DNA from: Tricharina praecox
Taxonomy: Eukaryota
Direction: 5' to 3'
DNA length: 64,000 nucleotides
Assembly (NCBI RefSeq): GCF_024521635.1
Contig: NW_026250411.1
Location: 806,001 to 870,000, forward strand
In this document: positions 1 to 12,071 of the stretch, piece by piece
Position numbering within the stretch: position 1 is the first letter of the stretch
Layout: every line of letters begins with the position of its first letter
Notes under the pieces: generated by a model
The model's database searches: none
What the model was told of the DNA's origin: nothing
The model's input: the letters and a program-made list of their open reading frames with translations, nothing else
Program-made: the position numbers and the translations under genes

Positions 1-3000
1 GCATTGCCATTGGCATTGCCATTCATTGCTCTGCCTTATCGACTGCACCGACTTCCAACCTAGCGCGGAGATCGGGTCTGGTCGGTTATATAGGCTGCAG
101 ATGCCCAGCCGTGCCCAGAGATATTCAGCGGGGTTTTCCCGGGTTGGAGCGGTGTTTTGTGCGAGGAGCTGGCTTGGACGGTACTTGTACATAGATACGC
201 GGGCGATTGTTTTGTTGCGAGTGACGACGACGACGACGATGACGGTGGTGGGGGCTGGCTCGTCCGCCGGCTACGGCTCCGGCTTGTCCAGCAGAGTTGT
301 AACTATCCTGGTCCTGGAGGGTTGCTGCCAGAGCAATATCTAGATAAACGAAGGCATGCTTTTCGCCGTTTCCGCGCAAGCAGCAAGCGACGAGTGCGTA
401 AGTGCATTGTCGCTATATATCGCTTGTCTTTTTTTAGCGGGGAGATCCCTCCGATAATCGATGTGCATGGCGAATGCTGGCTGGCCAGTGGCCACAGTTA
501 ACCGCCAGCCACAGGGGGGAAACATTCATACCATAAATGGAAACTAACATAGTTACCGATACTTGTGCACGCAGAACGGCAGTCGGCTGTTGTGGGGCCT
601 CATAGCTTCTTTAGTTCTGGCTTGAGCGTTTCAGGACGATTGAGGCATTGTGTTCACGCGTCGTTTCTCTCGGCGTCCGCCTAAGCTCCCAGTGGAGAAA
701 TATGTATTGCCGCTGGTGAACGCAATCGGTCTCCAGGGTTTCCCGGCAGGCGGGTGGATTGTGCATGTAGAGTCCTGACCCACTCGAGGCTCGGCGCTCG
801 ACGCTCCACAGCAGAGTAGATACCAGTAGTACCGGCAGCGGTGATCGCGGTCTCGCTCCGAAGCTATGTATGCATCGGACCGTGTCCTTGGCGGGCGCCG
901 GGGGTGACAGAGGTGGCGAAGAACGAGAACGAGGTAAGATACGGTAGGTACGGTAGGTATGTCTTGTAGGCACGAGGTTGTACTCGAGGGCAGGAGCATT
1001 CATCGCGACGCATCAATCCACCGCTCCGTTCGACCGAGCATCCATTGCACTGCTCTGCATCCATCCATCGATCGTTGCGTTTATTCGAGCATCCAGCCGT
1101 GCTGGCGATAATGTAGAGTCGGAACGGAGGATCGTGGAGGATCGAAGGAGGTTGGTTTAACGTTGAGCACATCGGCTTGGCGGCAAAGCACTCGTCGTCA
1201 CAGGATGCGTTGACCGCGTTGAGTTTCACGGGAACGGCCGAGCTAGCGACAGAACAGACAACCCTTTCCGGCGAAGTCCGGCGAAGCGATGCAGGTCGCT
1301 GCATAGATACCGCGACTAGTACTGGAAGCTCTAACGGAAGCAAGCACGCACATAAGCCCTGGAAGCTGTGGAGCTTGGAGGAGGGGCGGGCGACCGTGCG
1401 GAGTGAGTGAGTGAGGGAGTGCAGCGTGATGGTGAGTAAACTCAGTAGAGTCCTCCACCGGTAGATGGCGGACATTCTGTACCCTTTGCTCGAATAAGTT
1501 CTCGACTGACCATGAAAGGGGGCGGTCGGCTGCGGTGGCCCAGTCAACGATGGAGACCCGCACATGTTCGTTAGGAGTCAGAGAATGATACCGTACCGGT
1601 AGTTCCCGGTAGGGAGTTTTCCCGTCCTCGCTTCACGAATCACAACCGACGGGTCTATGCACGGATGGAACCAGTGAATCAGCTTCCCTTCCGTGGCGGC
1701 CGCAACGTGCGACCTTGGTTATGGACGGTACAATACCTATGCACAAGCCAAACTTTCGTCCACTGGGTATACACAGATCTCAACGAAAAGCAATGATTGG
1801 CCTCCCGGTTGGGGGAAAAGGAGGGCGTAGGGGGTGGGGGGTCACCATGAAACAGTAGCGGCTGACCGCTGAAGGCAAAGGTCGTGGATCTTGGAGTTCG
1901 CTCGCTGGAACTCGCAGGCAGTTGGTTGCCATAGGCAGGCAAGGGATGCGCTGCCAGGTATGGTAGTTGATCCAGTGCTGCGCCGCTGCCGATGTCTCTC
2001 TCTCTGCCCTTCCGCGTGGCCCTTCGTGACTGTGATGAGTAGGTATTTGTGATTGCTTGTCCGGACGGCCAGGAAGGTGCAATTTCCAACTGATCCCAGA
2101 TTCCCAGGAGTCTGTCGTCCGGTGGGCGAACCGAGATGATTTCTCAGCGAGAAAACTTTTTCGTTGCAGGAGGAGGAGGAAGAGTGAGTCGGCAATGAAA
2201 CATAGCATAAGATGCAATTTCGCCCGGGTCCATGGTAAGCCCTTGCAAGAACCCTGGATCTCATTGGGTATTCGTCACACAAACCGAAAACACCTCTCTG
2301 AAGCTCAAATCTCACCGTGTGCAGTCAAGAATCAAGATAGCCGCCTACAGGCCGCGGTAGATGCAAATGTTCTTTTTCTTTGCTTTTCCCTTCCTTCCAA
2401 TAAACCTTGCACGATGCGGCCCGCGAGATATATCCTGCCCATACTCATCATAAGCAGAGAATGCCGTATTTCGAAGAAGCAAAAGAAAAAAGGAAAGAAA
2501 GGAAGGAAGAAAAAAGGAACAAACTTGTCTCCTCCCCTGCCTTTCTGTCTCCTCCCCCCCCCCCAGCTACATAGCTGTTAGCTATTGGCCACGATGCGCC
2601 CCTTTGAGAGGGTACGCACAGACGTTGGCCATGGATCTTACCGAGAGGGAAAAAAGTTCCTGTGAGAAAGCAATTATGCGGGCAAGCTGGTGGGAGGAAG
2701 ACGAGCGAGCCAGCTCGAGCAGATAGGCACCTACGGTGGTGCAGGTGGTACATATAACGGGGAGGCCGCCCTCTAGAGCTGCGCAGCTCTTTTGGAGACG
2801 ATCATCATCATCACCACGGTCTTTCGGCTGCCTGCCCGGCCTTGTTCCCGAACTGCATTGTTGCACACCCACATCGACGACACGCACGTCGACATCATCG
2901 TCGTACCTCCCCCCCTCCATTACCTAGTACATACCCGTTTCCCTCGGATCGTTCCGAGCTTCTTGGCTTTGGATTCAGCTCGAAAACACCCGCACCAATA

Positions 3001-3246
3001 GCATTAGTGGTGTCGTCAGTGTGTCCCATCTATCATACATCCAGGCCAGCTATTTGGTCCAGCAAACATCTCCAACTCGCTCTCGGTTCAATCCTATAAA
3101 CAAACCGCCACCGCTCCCTATTTCGTGTCAGGTACATACATGCATTCTGGATCTTCACGGGTTCCATCGTCTGCGAGATTAAAGAGTACCTTACCTGAAG
3201 CCTTTCCCGTTGGCTTCGATAGTTTCCGCGCAGTTGCTGATTGTCG

Positions 3247-6203
3247 ATGCGTCTGTCCAGCATGAAGCGAAGTTTCACCCAAACACTCGTGAACGCCACT
3301 TTGGCGGTGGTCACAGCTCCCCGCAAAGTCTACAATGCGGCCTGCGCAGATGTACAGAAGACAAAGAGGACCCTGAAGACAGCCATCGCATTGACTTCGG
3401 CCATTGCCCTCACCCTTCCCCCAGTACTGTCCGACTTTCACGGGCAGAACCCATTCTTACTAGGCACAATCGTACGTAGCCCCTCTTCCCAGCACCATTT
3501 CCGACTCTTTTTTCTTTTTTGGTAAAGATGGAAATATGAAATTTGCCTACGGCCTGATGGCCCCTGTAGTGCGTCCCCGTGAGCTTACTCTCTCCTTAGG
3601 CCATTTACCTCTTTCCCGTAAAGACAGTCGGCGGTCAACTCTTTGGGACTTTCATTGGTTTGTCCGGTATCATGCTCGGACTCGCATACGCCAATCTTTG
3701 CCTATTTCTCGCCAGCTTCATCCAGAACGAAGATGACTTTCACATCCATGCTCCGCGACGAGCCTTCCTGTGGTGTGCATTGACTGTCGGAGCCTTTGGA
3801 TGTGGATACATCCGTTCCAAGATCAGCAGGAGCTACCTGGCAATCAACTTCTTCATGCTCGTGAACATGTTCGCCTTGATCCGAGGGATCAACCACTTCG
3901 GCACCCAGTTCCATGTGTTCTTCTTCGTCATGTTCTTCGGTGCGTGCGTCAGTCTTCTCGTCAGCGTTGTGTTCTGGCCCGAGGACCGAGGTGGAACTCT
4001 GAAGAGGGAAGCGATCAAGGGAATCGGCGAGGTCAAGGCCGTGGTTGCTTCTGTGCGGTTGACTATGACCTCCGGAGGCTCCGAGGAGGTCGCCATTGCC
4101 GGTATCAAGTCCGCTGAAGCCGCTTTGGCGACCAGTTTGCACGAAGCCAACTATGAAATTAGCTTTGCCAGAGTCGATTCGAGCTATCTGATGCCACTCG
4201 AACGGTGCATGTGCCGTCTGATCTCGGCCGTTCGCGTTCTCAATGCGTCGGTCCGGAGGAGGCGTCGGGTCCACCCAGGAGATCCCCTGAACCATTACAC
4301 CAAGGACACCAACAGCACCAACACTCGACAAACCATGGATGCGGTCCTTGCCAATGCTCTGGAACTTCTGGACGCCACGATCGGCCGGATGGAAGATGTC
4401 TACAATGGCACCCCATCACCGCTCCTGGACCATGCTGGCTTCGTACGGGAAGTCGACGAGCTCTGCAAGTGTCTCAGCGACGATGTAACGGCTAGATCTG
4501 TGGTAGACCACCGAGACCTCGAGAATGCTGCCTTCACGGACCAGATCAATACCACGGTTCTCGATATCCTGGACATCTGCAAGGACATGGCTCGCGCCGT
4601 CACCATCATCGAGCCCATCCAGAGTCGTATCCGATTCGTGCTTCCCCGTAAGCTCCGCCGAAACGAGTTTGAGAACAGCGAGCCGCGTGGCGTGGCGTTT
4701 GCAGATAAAGGACGGTCCGATGCAATTTCGAGATTCGACGCCATGTCCAGGGGACGTTCCATGATGGCTTCCGACGAGGCATACCTTCTCTTCTTGGACT
4801 CGACCACGGTACTCCATCGGGCGGGTATCTGGATCTCGGAGAAACTCCTTGCCATGCATCACTCGAGGCACGCCAAGTACGCTTTCAAATTCACCGTTGT
4901 CATGAGCATTCTGGCTCTTCCCGCTTACATTGACAACTGGTATATCTGGTACGACTCGATGCGTGCCCAGCTGGCAATGATTTCGGCCATGGTGGCGATG
5001 GAAACAACTAGGGGAATGACATTCCGAACGGCGGGTATGAAACTGTTGGGGGCGGCGAGTGGTGGCATCACTGCCTTTGTGGTGGTGGAGGCATCCCAAG
5101 GTCATCTTGCGGTGTCGATTACACTGACGAGTCTCGTCGGAATTTTGATCGGATGGCTTGTACTCCACCCAGTGTTCAGTAAGTCGGGGACCGTCTTCGC
5201 CCTGGCGTACAATTTGATCCTGGGTGTCGCCACCATCTTTCCCGAGCAAGGTCCCGTACATTACGCCCTTGGACGGCGCCTCGCAACCCTCCCCGTTGGC
5301 TTGCTGGTCGCAACGTTTGTCCACCTGACGCTGTTTCCGTACCACGCCCGCGAGGAAATGGTGAAGAGTCTCGGTTCGTCGCTCGACTGGCTCCACCATC
5401 TCCTCTTCGCCATCGAGGCTTCGGAGGAACACCCCAGCCTACAGCAGAAATTCGATGCGATGGTGCAGAAGGCCAGCAACCGTGTCGGCTTCGCAAAAGG
5501 CCTGCTCCCCGCAACCCACTACGAGATATCACTGGGAGGACACTGGCCCTACAAACGCTTCGAATGCATCGTCGAGAAGATAATTGACCTGATGGACATC
5601 ATCGTCGGCGAAGTACCGGCCGATCCAGTCCTAGCCATCCACCTCCTGCGCTCGACCGCCTGCGAGCGAGTGCGGACCAAACTCCTGGGCTCACTCTGCA
5701 ACGACCTCCTCGTGACCTCGCACACGCTTTCCGCGCGGCTATTCATGCCTCGGCACGAGAGCATGTCGACACTAGTGATGCAAGAGTACATCGACTCGCT
5801 GCTGCACCAAGCGCGGCGCGAGAACGGTGGCGCGGGGAAGAACTACGTCGACATCGGCCGCCTCGCCGACCTCGTCAGCGAAATGAGCTTCCTCCGCGAA
5901 GAGGTCGATCAGCTCACCGCCGAAACCCAGTGTCCCAAGAACGGCCTCCTCCCGCACCTCAGCTTTCATATACGGAAGAGCAGGCCTGGCACCCCCTCGA
6001 CGTCGAGGAGTAGAAGTAGAGCGGCGAGTCCGGCTACCCCTAGGATTCGAAGCAGAGTCACGAGTCCCTCGGCACCTAGAGGAAGAAGTAGACCTCCAAG
6101 CCCTATCGAGTTTGCGCTCAGTAGGAGTAGAGCCCCCAGTTTGATTGGCACGGATGAGGAGGATATTGAAGAGACGAAGATCGTGGGTGATGAGAATGTT
6201 TGA
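3247..6203 (+). CDS. FUSC/ArAE-type (YGL140C-like) multi-pass membrane transporter; exons 3247-3471 and 3600-6203
   Basis: Exon 1 (..KTAIALTSAIAL..NPFLLGTI) joins in phase 0 across a GTACGT..TTAG intron (3472-3599) to the long 847-aa frame. Two hydrophobic TM clusters are separated by a soluble region, and the second begins with the family-typical 'KYAFKFTVV'. The start could also be ATG 3262. Confidence 0.8.
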
Positions 6204-6767
6204 CTCTAGTTCTATTTTTTTCTCCCTTTTTTTTATTTTCTTTCCTAGTATCTCTTTCTTTCTTTGTTCTCTTGGATTCGATAACGGCCTATTCATTATC
6301 TTGCTTTTGGTTTTGGTTTGGGATTTATCATTTATGACCTGGGAAGGGACGGGGATGGGGACGGGGTTGGCGTATTATATACCATTGATTTCGGGATGAT
6401 TTTCTTTTTCTTTCTATTGTTCTTTCTTGCTATATCTTGTTCTTGGTTTTTCGATTCGTTCGGGAGTACGGTATCGGTATTGGATAGATGGATCATGGCT
6501 GGGAGCAATGGGCATTAAGAGGGTAGCGGGTGTGGCGGGTTTCTTTGTTTCCTTGTTTTTCTGGTACTGGTAGTTTGGTAATGGGCATTAGGTACGCATT
6601 TATGGTCATGATCGCAGTTATATTATCTTGAGGGTGATCGCACTTGACATCTGTTGCGATTTATGTCCTCTAATTGGATACCCAACGACCGACTTGATTT
6701 TTGTATGGTGTAGCACTCCGGGAGTGAGGCCTTATCTATGCCCTGCATGACAGAAAAATATGAAAGC

Positions 6768-6840
6768 GCCTCGCTAGCTCAATCGGTAGAGCGTAAGACT
6801 CTTAATCTTAAGGCTGCGGGTTCGACCCCCGCGTGGGGCT
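6768..6840 (+). tRNA. tRNA-Lys(CTT), intronless
   Basis: Acceptor stem GCCTCGC/GTGGGGC, D-arm TAGCTCAATCGGTAGAGC, anticodon arm TAAGA-CT-CTT-AA-TCTTA, T-loop GGTTCGACCC. 73 nt, followed by T-rich Pol III terminator-like runs. Confidence 0.97.
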
Positions 6841-8163
6841 TTCTTCTTTTGACTTTTGGTTGTTGTCCTGGTGCTGGTGCTGATGGTTGATGGGTGAAGG
6901 GTGAAGTGAAGGGTTTGCAGTGGGCGGGGGGCCGTGCGCCGTGTGCCGGTGGGCTGGTGTGCGGGCTTTCCGTCTATGGACTCCCTGTATGGTATCCCGC
7001 CCCACCACGGTATACCGTTAGCAAACGTCCGTCTCTGACTTTCGGACTCTTGGACTCTTGGATCTCCAACCGCGTTTCGCGCCAGACCAGGCTGGTCAGC
7101 GAGCTATGGAACTGCCGTAGGTAGCAACCAACCAAGCAAGGGACCGCCCGTAGCGCTGCAACTCTCCGTTCCATCGACTGGCTCGTCAGTGCCGATTACG
7201 GGCGGCTACGTGAATGCGAACGCCCTCCCTTTGGCACTCCCTTCGGCACTCCCTTCTGCGGTCCCTTTGGCGGTCCGGGGCGAAGTCCGCAGACGGTCGG
7301 ACAGACGGTCAGTCGGTATCATCTCTTCCCGCGCACCGCGAGAGCATTTCCGCCGCGCACTGTGGGCTGTGAGCTCGCTGTGAGGCTCCCGGGTATCCTC
7401 TAGATACCTCTACACCTCCCCCACCCCGCCCGTAAACCCACCCAAGCCGAGTGATCCCCAGCGCACCGGCTTGCTGGTCGATGGCTTGATGGTACCGTAG
7501 CTTCCACATCCACATCTACATCTACATCGCCGTCTCCGGGCCGGCCGATCAGCGCGCCACATATATACGCATACGCATAAAGCTTGCCCTTGTACCCCGC
7601 CCCCCACTGACGCAGGGCTAGGGAAGTATCATACATAGAAGGTTGCGGGAACGTGTGGGGGCTGGGTTTGCGCTGGTGGTACCTGCATAAATCCCTCGTT
7701 GCACCGTACCGTGGGTACTGCAGTGCGCAATCACATCACAACGCATCACAACACACCGCATCACGTCGCCTCCCATCGCATCCCTCCCAAATCAATCTCT
7801 AGTCTTCCTTCCTTTATGTATAGTATAAGATGAACCACCCAGTGGCCTATGTATTGTGAGAGTTACATAGAACATAGAGTAGGTAGAAAGAAAGAAAGAA
7901 AAGAAGAAAGGGAAAAAAAAACGAACGAGAGACACTAAGTAACTATAAAAAAACAGCACGGGCATATCTATGGCACAATATCCCCCAGGGTAGTAGAGTA
8001 GAGTACGTCTGATCTGATCTATCTATCCACGGACGGACGGGGAACTGAACTGAACTGAACTACATGACCGCTTCCACGAAAGAAGGCGAGATAGATACAC
8101 GGAAGAGGAAGAGACAAGACAGAGAAATATACGGCTACGGCTACGGCAATCCAGACCTTGACA

Positions 8164-10914
8164 TCACATTTCGCCTCCCCTGCCGCGACCAATGACTCCG
8201 ATGGGGCCCGGGGCGTACTCGAACGCGGAGCTGTGGCGGTTCGTGATCGGCTCGAAGGCGGACATTGAGCTTGTGTGGCCGAGTTCGGAGAGGTTGGTGA
8301 TGACGCTGCCGTCGGAGAAGATGCTCATGGAGCGTTCACGGGACGAGTGGAGGTTCGGGGTGGAGTGGGCGTCGTGCGGGATCATGCCGAAGGGAAGCAT
8401 TATGTTGGCGGATCCGTGGGCAGAGCTAGGCAGCGGCATCTCGGCAGCGATCTGCTGGAGTGCCGCGTTCTGCGCGTAGTAATCCCCCCAGTTCTCGTGA
8501 GACCGCACCGCATACTCGTTGATGCGCGCTTCGAGACGCTGGATGGCTCCCAGGTACTCCGACTCGACCGCCTGGCGGTGCATTTCAGCAGCTTCGCGCT
8601 CGGCCTGTCTCCTCTCCTTGGTGTCGGACCCCTCCGAATTCTCCGAGTCCAGTTTCCCAAGGTCCACGCGGAGCTTGGTGAGACGGGCCATCATCTTCTC
8701 CTTCTTGGCAGCAAGAGATGCGACCTCCGACTCGACGGCGGACGCCTGACGATCGGCGTTCGCTTTGTCCTCCGCGGCTTTGGCTTGAGCGGTTGAAAGA
8801 CGGCGTTTCTCTGCCTGCCACTGTTTCTTCTTTGCTTCCCACTCGGGCTTCATCTTATCCGGAAGATTCTGCAGATCTTTCATCTGTATCGACATTTGCT
8901 CCGCCTCTTCCTCGGCACGCTTGATCGATTCCCTCAGAGCTAGGTTGCGACGGAATGCCCGTTCCTCGCCGCGGTCATTGCCAATCAATCCCCGATGTTT
9001 CTCGATCTCTTTTCGAATCTCACTGAGCGCCGTCTTGTGAGCCTTTCTGATCGATTTGAGGTTGCCTTTGGTTTCAGCGAGGCTCGAGTTGGCTTGTGCG
9101 AGCGAATGCAGTAGCGTCGTGACTGGAGAGAGCGGCCTCGATGGCTGTTGCTGATGCTTGGCGGTTGGAGCGGCGGAAGCTTGATTCGTTAGCCTAGGAA
9201 TCCTCCAAGAACTACCGTCACCAATCTTACCTTGTGCAGGTAGTGTACATGCACTCGTGCCGTAGAACACCACCCCACCACCCGTCTTCACGAACTCGAA
9301 ATCGTATTCCGTCGATCCCGTCAGACCGGTCACTTCCACGGTCCACTCATCCTCCCCACTCGCGGCAGCAGTGACAACATCTCCATTGACCTCGCCAATA
9401 CTATTAGCCCGGCGTGCCAGAGGAAATATCTCTGTTTGGGGCCAAACTATCCCATTGACGCGAACGAAAAACGGCAGGCTTGAATCCCTTCCAACCGAAT
9501 CAATCCCTCCATTCACCACACACCCCAACTTATCATCCCCTTTTAATCCGCCCGCCAACCCCACCACGAACCCGACCTCAGTGGACCCAATCTTCGTTAT
9601 CCACACACTACCCTCCTCGCCCCCGGCCGGAGGTTCATTAGAAGCAGTCCCCGCACCTCCAACGCTAGTATTCGAAGCCTCGGAAGACAACTGGGTTCGC
9701 TCCACTTCCTTCGCGATATGTATTACTGCACTAGCCATTGTAGCCCACAGTGGTTGATTACTTCGAATGCTCTGAACTTGAATTTTCTTTTTCCGTTTGC
9801 CGCCGTTCACGGAATTGGACCGTTCCAGCATCGGCGTCGACGGGGCACCAGCGGCCGCCTCCGGATCCTTGTCTTTTTGTTTGGTTGAGCCATCCTTTGC
9901 ATTTCCCGGTAGGGAGCCTGATGACGTGTCAACGGTTTCGGGCCTTCGTATCAGCCAGCGCCTGGTAGCCTTCATCGCTGCTTGCGCCACGATATGGATA
10001 GCGAAGAAGGTGCGGATCCAGCCGGCATTGTCGACACGGCCCGTCAGCAGATGGGAAACCCTTCCCCCTCCCCCTTGGCGGGCCGGTTGTATGCTGTCCC
10101 AAGCATCCGACAAGCGGAAGCGGCCTTGAACAACCTTGACTCCGCTCATGACTCCCGCACACACCGCCACGTTCCGTAGACTGTCGCCGGTAGAATTACC
10201 AGCACCCAGAGTGATTGCGATGATGGCTTGCGCGAAGTCGACGAGAAAGTTCCACGCAACCGGCCAGAGGAAGAGCGAAACCGAAGCCAAGATACAATCT
10301 GCAAACATGATTGTAAGTAGCGACGGCGATCCGTTGGAGCCCTGAAGTAACAGATTCGTGAAGGAGGGCATCGAAACAGTGGTGGACAGGCTGAAAAGTG
10401 TTGTTGACGGTGGTACGAAAGTTTGCACGAAAAAAAGGAAATGAACGACGGTCAATATCGTTGGGGGTATTTGTAGAAAGATGATGAGAAGCGTGATTGT
10501 ATCCAGAAGCGGGAACGAAGACAGAACAGTGGCTACAGAAGTATCTGACGACCGTCCGCCTGACGGGGTGAGGTCAATCTTCTGATGGTCGCTAGTAGAG
10601 CCATTCATCCCCTCCCCAAAGCTGCTGTCACCATCCTCCCCTAAGCAGTCGTAGAACCGCTGCCCTTTCCACCCGTTTGTAATGTCCATGTTCGCCGTTC
10701 CATTTGAAGTCGAGTGGAACTGAGCCGCCGCCGCCGACACCTCCTGAATCGCGGGCTGACTCGTGGACGTTGCTGTTGCCGCGAGCGAGGACGCGTTGCT
10801 CGAAGCCCGTGAGCGGAACGGGCGTTTCGAAGTGACAAGGCCGTTGTGGGTGTTGGGGCTGTTCGAATGCAGGCCCTGACGCTTTGACGAAGAGCCTGTG
10901 GATCCTCGCGGCAT
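8164..10914 (-). CDS. acrB: Ubiquitination network signalling protein AcrB-like (N-terminal TM cluster, C-terminal coiled coil); probable 51-nt intron 9180-9230
   Basis: 916-aa frame with 'FPLLDTITLLIIFLQIPPTILTVVHFLF', further TM segments, 'QPLWATMAS' and a long coiled coil. Architecture matches Aspergillus AcrB as I recall it. Confidence 0.75.
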   Translation of the reverse strand: MPRGSTGSSSKRQGLHSNSPNTHNGLVTSKRPFRSRASSNASSLAATATSTSQPAIQEVSAAAAQFHSTSNGTANMDITNGWKGQRFYDCLGEDGDSSFGEGMNGSTSDHQKIDLTPSGGRSSDTSVATVLSSFPLLDTITLLIIFLQIPPTILTVVHFLFFVQTFVPPSTTLFSLSTTVSMPSFTNLLLQGSNGSPSLLTIMFADCILASVSLFLWPVAWNFLVDFAQAIIAITLGAGNSTGDSLRNVAVCAGVMSGVKVVQGRFRLSDAWDSIQPARQGGGGRVSHLLTGRVDNAGWIRTFFAIHIVAQAAMKATRRWLIRRPETVDTSSGSLPGNAKDGSTKQKDKDPEAAAGAPSTPMLERSNSVNGGKRKKKIQVQSIRSNQPLWATMASAVIHIAKEVERTQLSSEASNTSVGGAGTASNEPPAGGEEGSVWITKIGSTEVGFVVGLAGGLKGDDKLGCVVNGGIDSVGRDSSLPFFVRVNGIVWPQTEIFPLARRANSIGEVNGDVVTAAASGEDEWTVEVTGLTGSTEYDFEFVKTGGGVVFYGTSACTLPAQGKIGDGSSWRIPRLTNQASAAPTAKHQQQPSRPLSPVTTLLHSLAQANSSLAETKGNLKSIRKAHKTALSEIRKEIEKHRGLIGNDRGEERAFRRNLALRESIKRAEEEAEQMSIQMKDLQNLPDKMKPEWEAKKKQWQAEKRRLSTAQAKAAEDKANADRQASAVESEVASLAAKKEKMMARLTKLRVDLGKLDSENSEGSDTKERRQAEREAAEMHRQAVESEYLGAIQRLEARINEYAVRSHENWGDYYAQNAALQQIAAEMPLPSSAHGSANIMLPFGMIPHDAHSTPNLHSSRERSMSIFSDGSVITNLSELGHTSSMSAFEPITNRHSSAFEYAPGPIGVIGRGRGGEM

Positions 10915-11443
10915 CGGAAGCCGGTGTTTGCGTAGTGATCAAACCCCGTCCGAACGTGCCCGTCCGAGACGTGGGCTAGAAGAGAAGGGCGGGAGAATCC
11001 AGCGGGATTGGCGAGGCGTGTCGCGGGGCAAAACGGTTGCCGAGTCGGAGAGCGATCGACGTGGTTGCGAGGGAGGTGAGGGAACGCGAGCGGCTGTGTC
11101 CAGGTGGCGGGACAGTCAGCGCGGCCAATTTAAGAGGTGGTTACCTCCAGTTGCGGCAGAGTGACTTGAGTAGTGTATCGTGTGCTCGTACGTGTGTTGT
11201 GGTTGATATTTGAGACCGGGAGTACTTTCAGGGTGTTGGGAAGGGAAGGGAGATGGAGGGTGGGCTGCAGTTGTGAGTGGGACAAAAGTCAGTCAGCAAG
11301 CGTTGGTTTTTCGGTCAGCGGAGCGATCTGCAGACAAGCAGGCCGGGCACCACTACCACTGTACTCTACTCTAGTAGGTGCTAGGCCTGCAAGCAGCCTA
11401 GGGTGCTCTACTCATCCAACATGCGAATCTCTACATATCTACG

Positions 11444-11585
11444 TACACGGCCGGCGGCTGAGGAGAAGAATTGCGACTGAACGCCTGTTGGTAAGAGAGG
11501 TAGGTGCATTGCAAATCTCTCTACACGACCGGCGGCTGAGGAGAAGAATTGCGACTGCACGACGGTTGGTAAGAGAGGTAGGTAA
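11444..11585. repeat. Imperfect tandem duplication, 78-bp period, 2 copies
   Basis: TACACG(G/A)CCGGCGGCTGAGGAGAAGAATTGCGACTG...GTTGGTAAGAGAGGTAGGT starts at 11444 and again at 11522. Confidence 0.9.
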
Positions 11586-11990
11586 GTACATAACATTGGA
11601 GAACTCCGCATGGAGAGAATGGACGGACAATCAGTATGCTGACTTTGCCGCCAGGACAGTCCTCTACCTATCGTTGGTTACGGCTACATGCGCTCTGGAT
11701 CGTCCCGGCATACATGAAGAAGAAGCACGGTCTTCCGCTCTGTTTACCCAGATCGCAACCCTAGGAACGAGAGCAGAATGCGGTGTACTACATCATCATC
11801 ACCCTGCCTGGCGGCCTGGCCAGAAGGCTGGCTATGTACCTACTTGTTCACCGGCTGACTGCAGCCTGACTGGCAGGCTAGCATTCTTCCTGTCCCTTCG
11901 TCTTCATCGTGGGACTGCCAAGTGCAACCTCTTCTTTTCTCCGCGCAAGAACAATGGGCCTGGGCTCGGTCAACGCAAATCTCGTCGCCT

Positions 11991-12071
11991 CTTTATTCTC
12001 ACCAGGGTTGTTCTTATGGAGAAAAGACACATCTTTATTCTCACCGGGATTGTTCTTGTGGAGAAAAGACA
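11991..12071. repeat. Tandem duplication, 42-bp period, 2 copies
   Basis: CTTTATTCTCACC(A/G)GG(G/A)TTGTTCTT(A/G)TGGAGAAAAGACA at 11991 and 12033. Confidence 0.9.

Noticed and set aside
1..1600. Possible minus-strand spliced gene (GTATGA donor at ~531, ORFs 125-379, 340-525, 864-1565)
   Set aside because: I could not assemble a consistent exon chain or recognise a product.
3702..5791. Long antisense ORFs opposite the transporter (similar ones lie opposite acrB and SREBP)
   Set aside because: Expected shadows of GC3-rich coding sequence.
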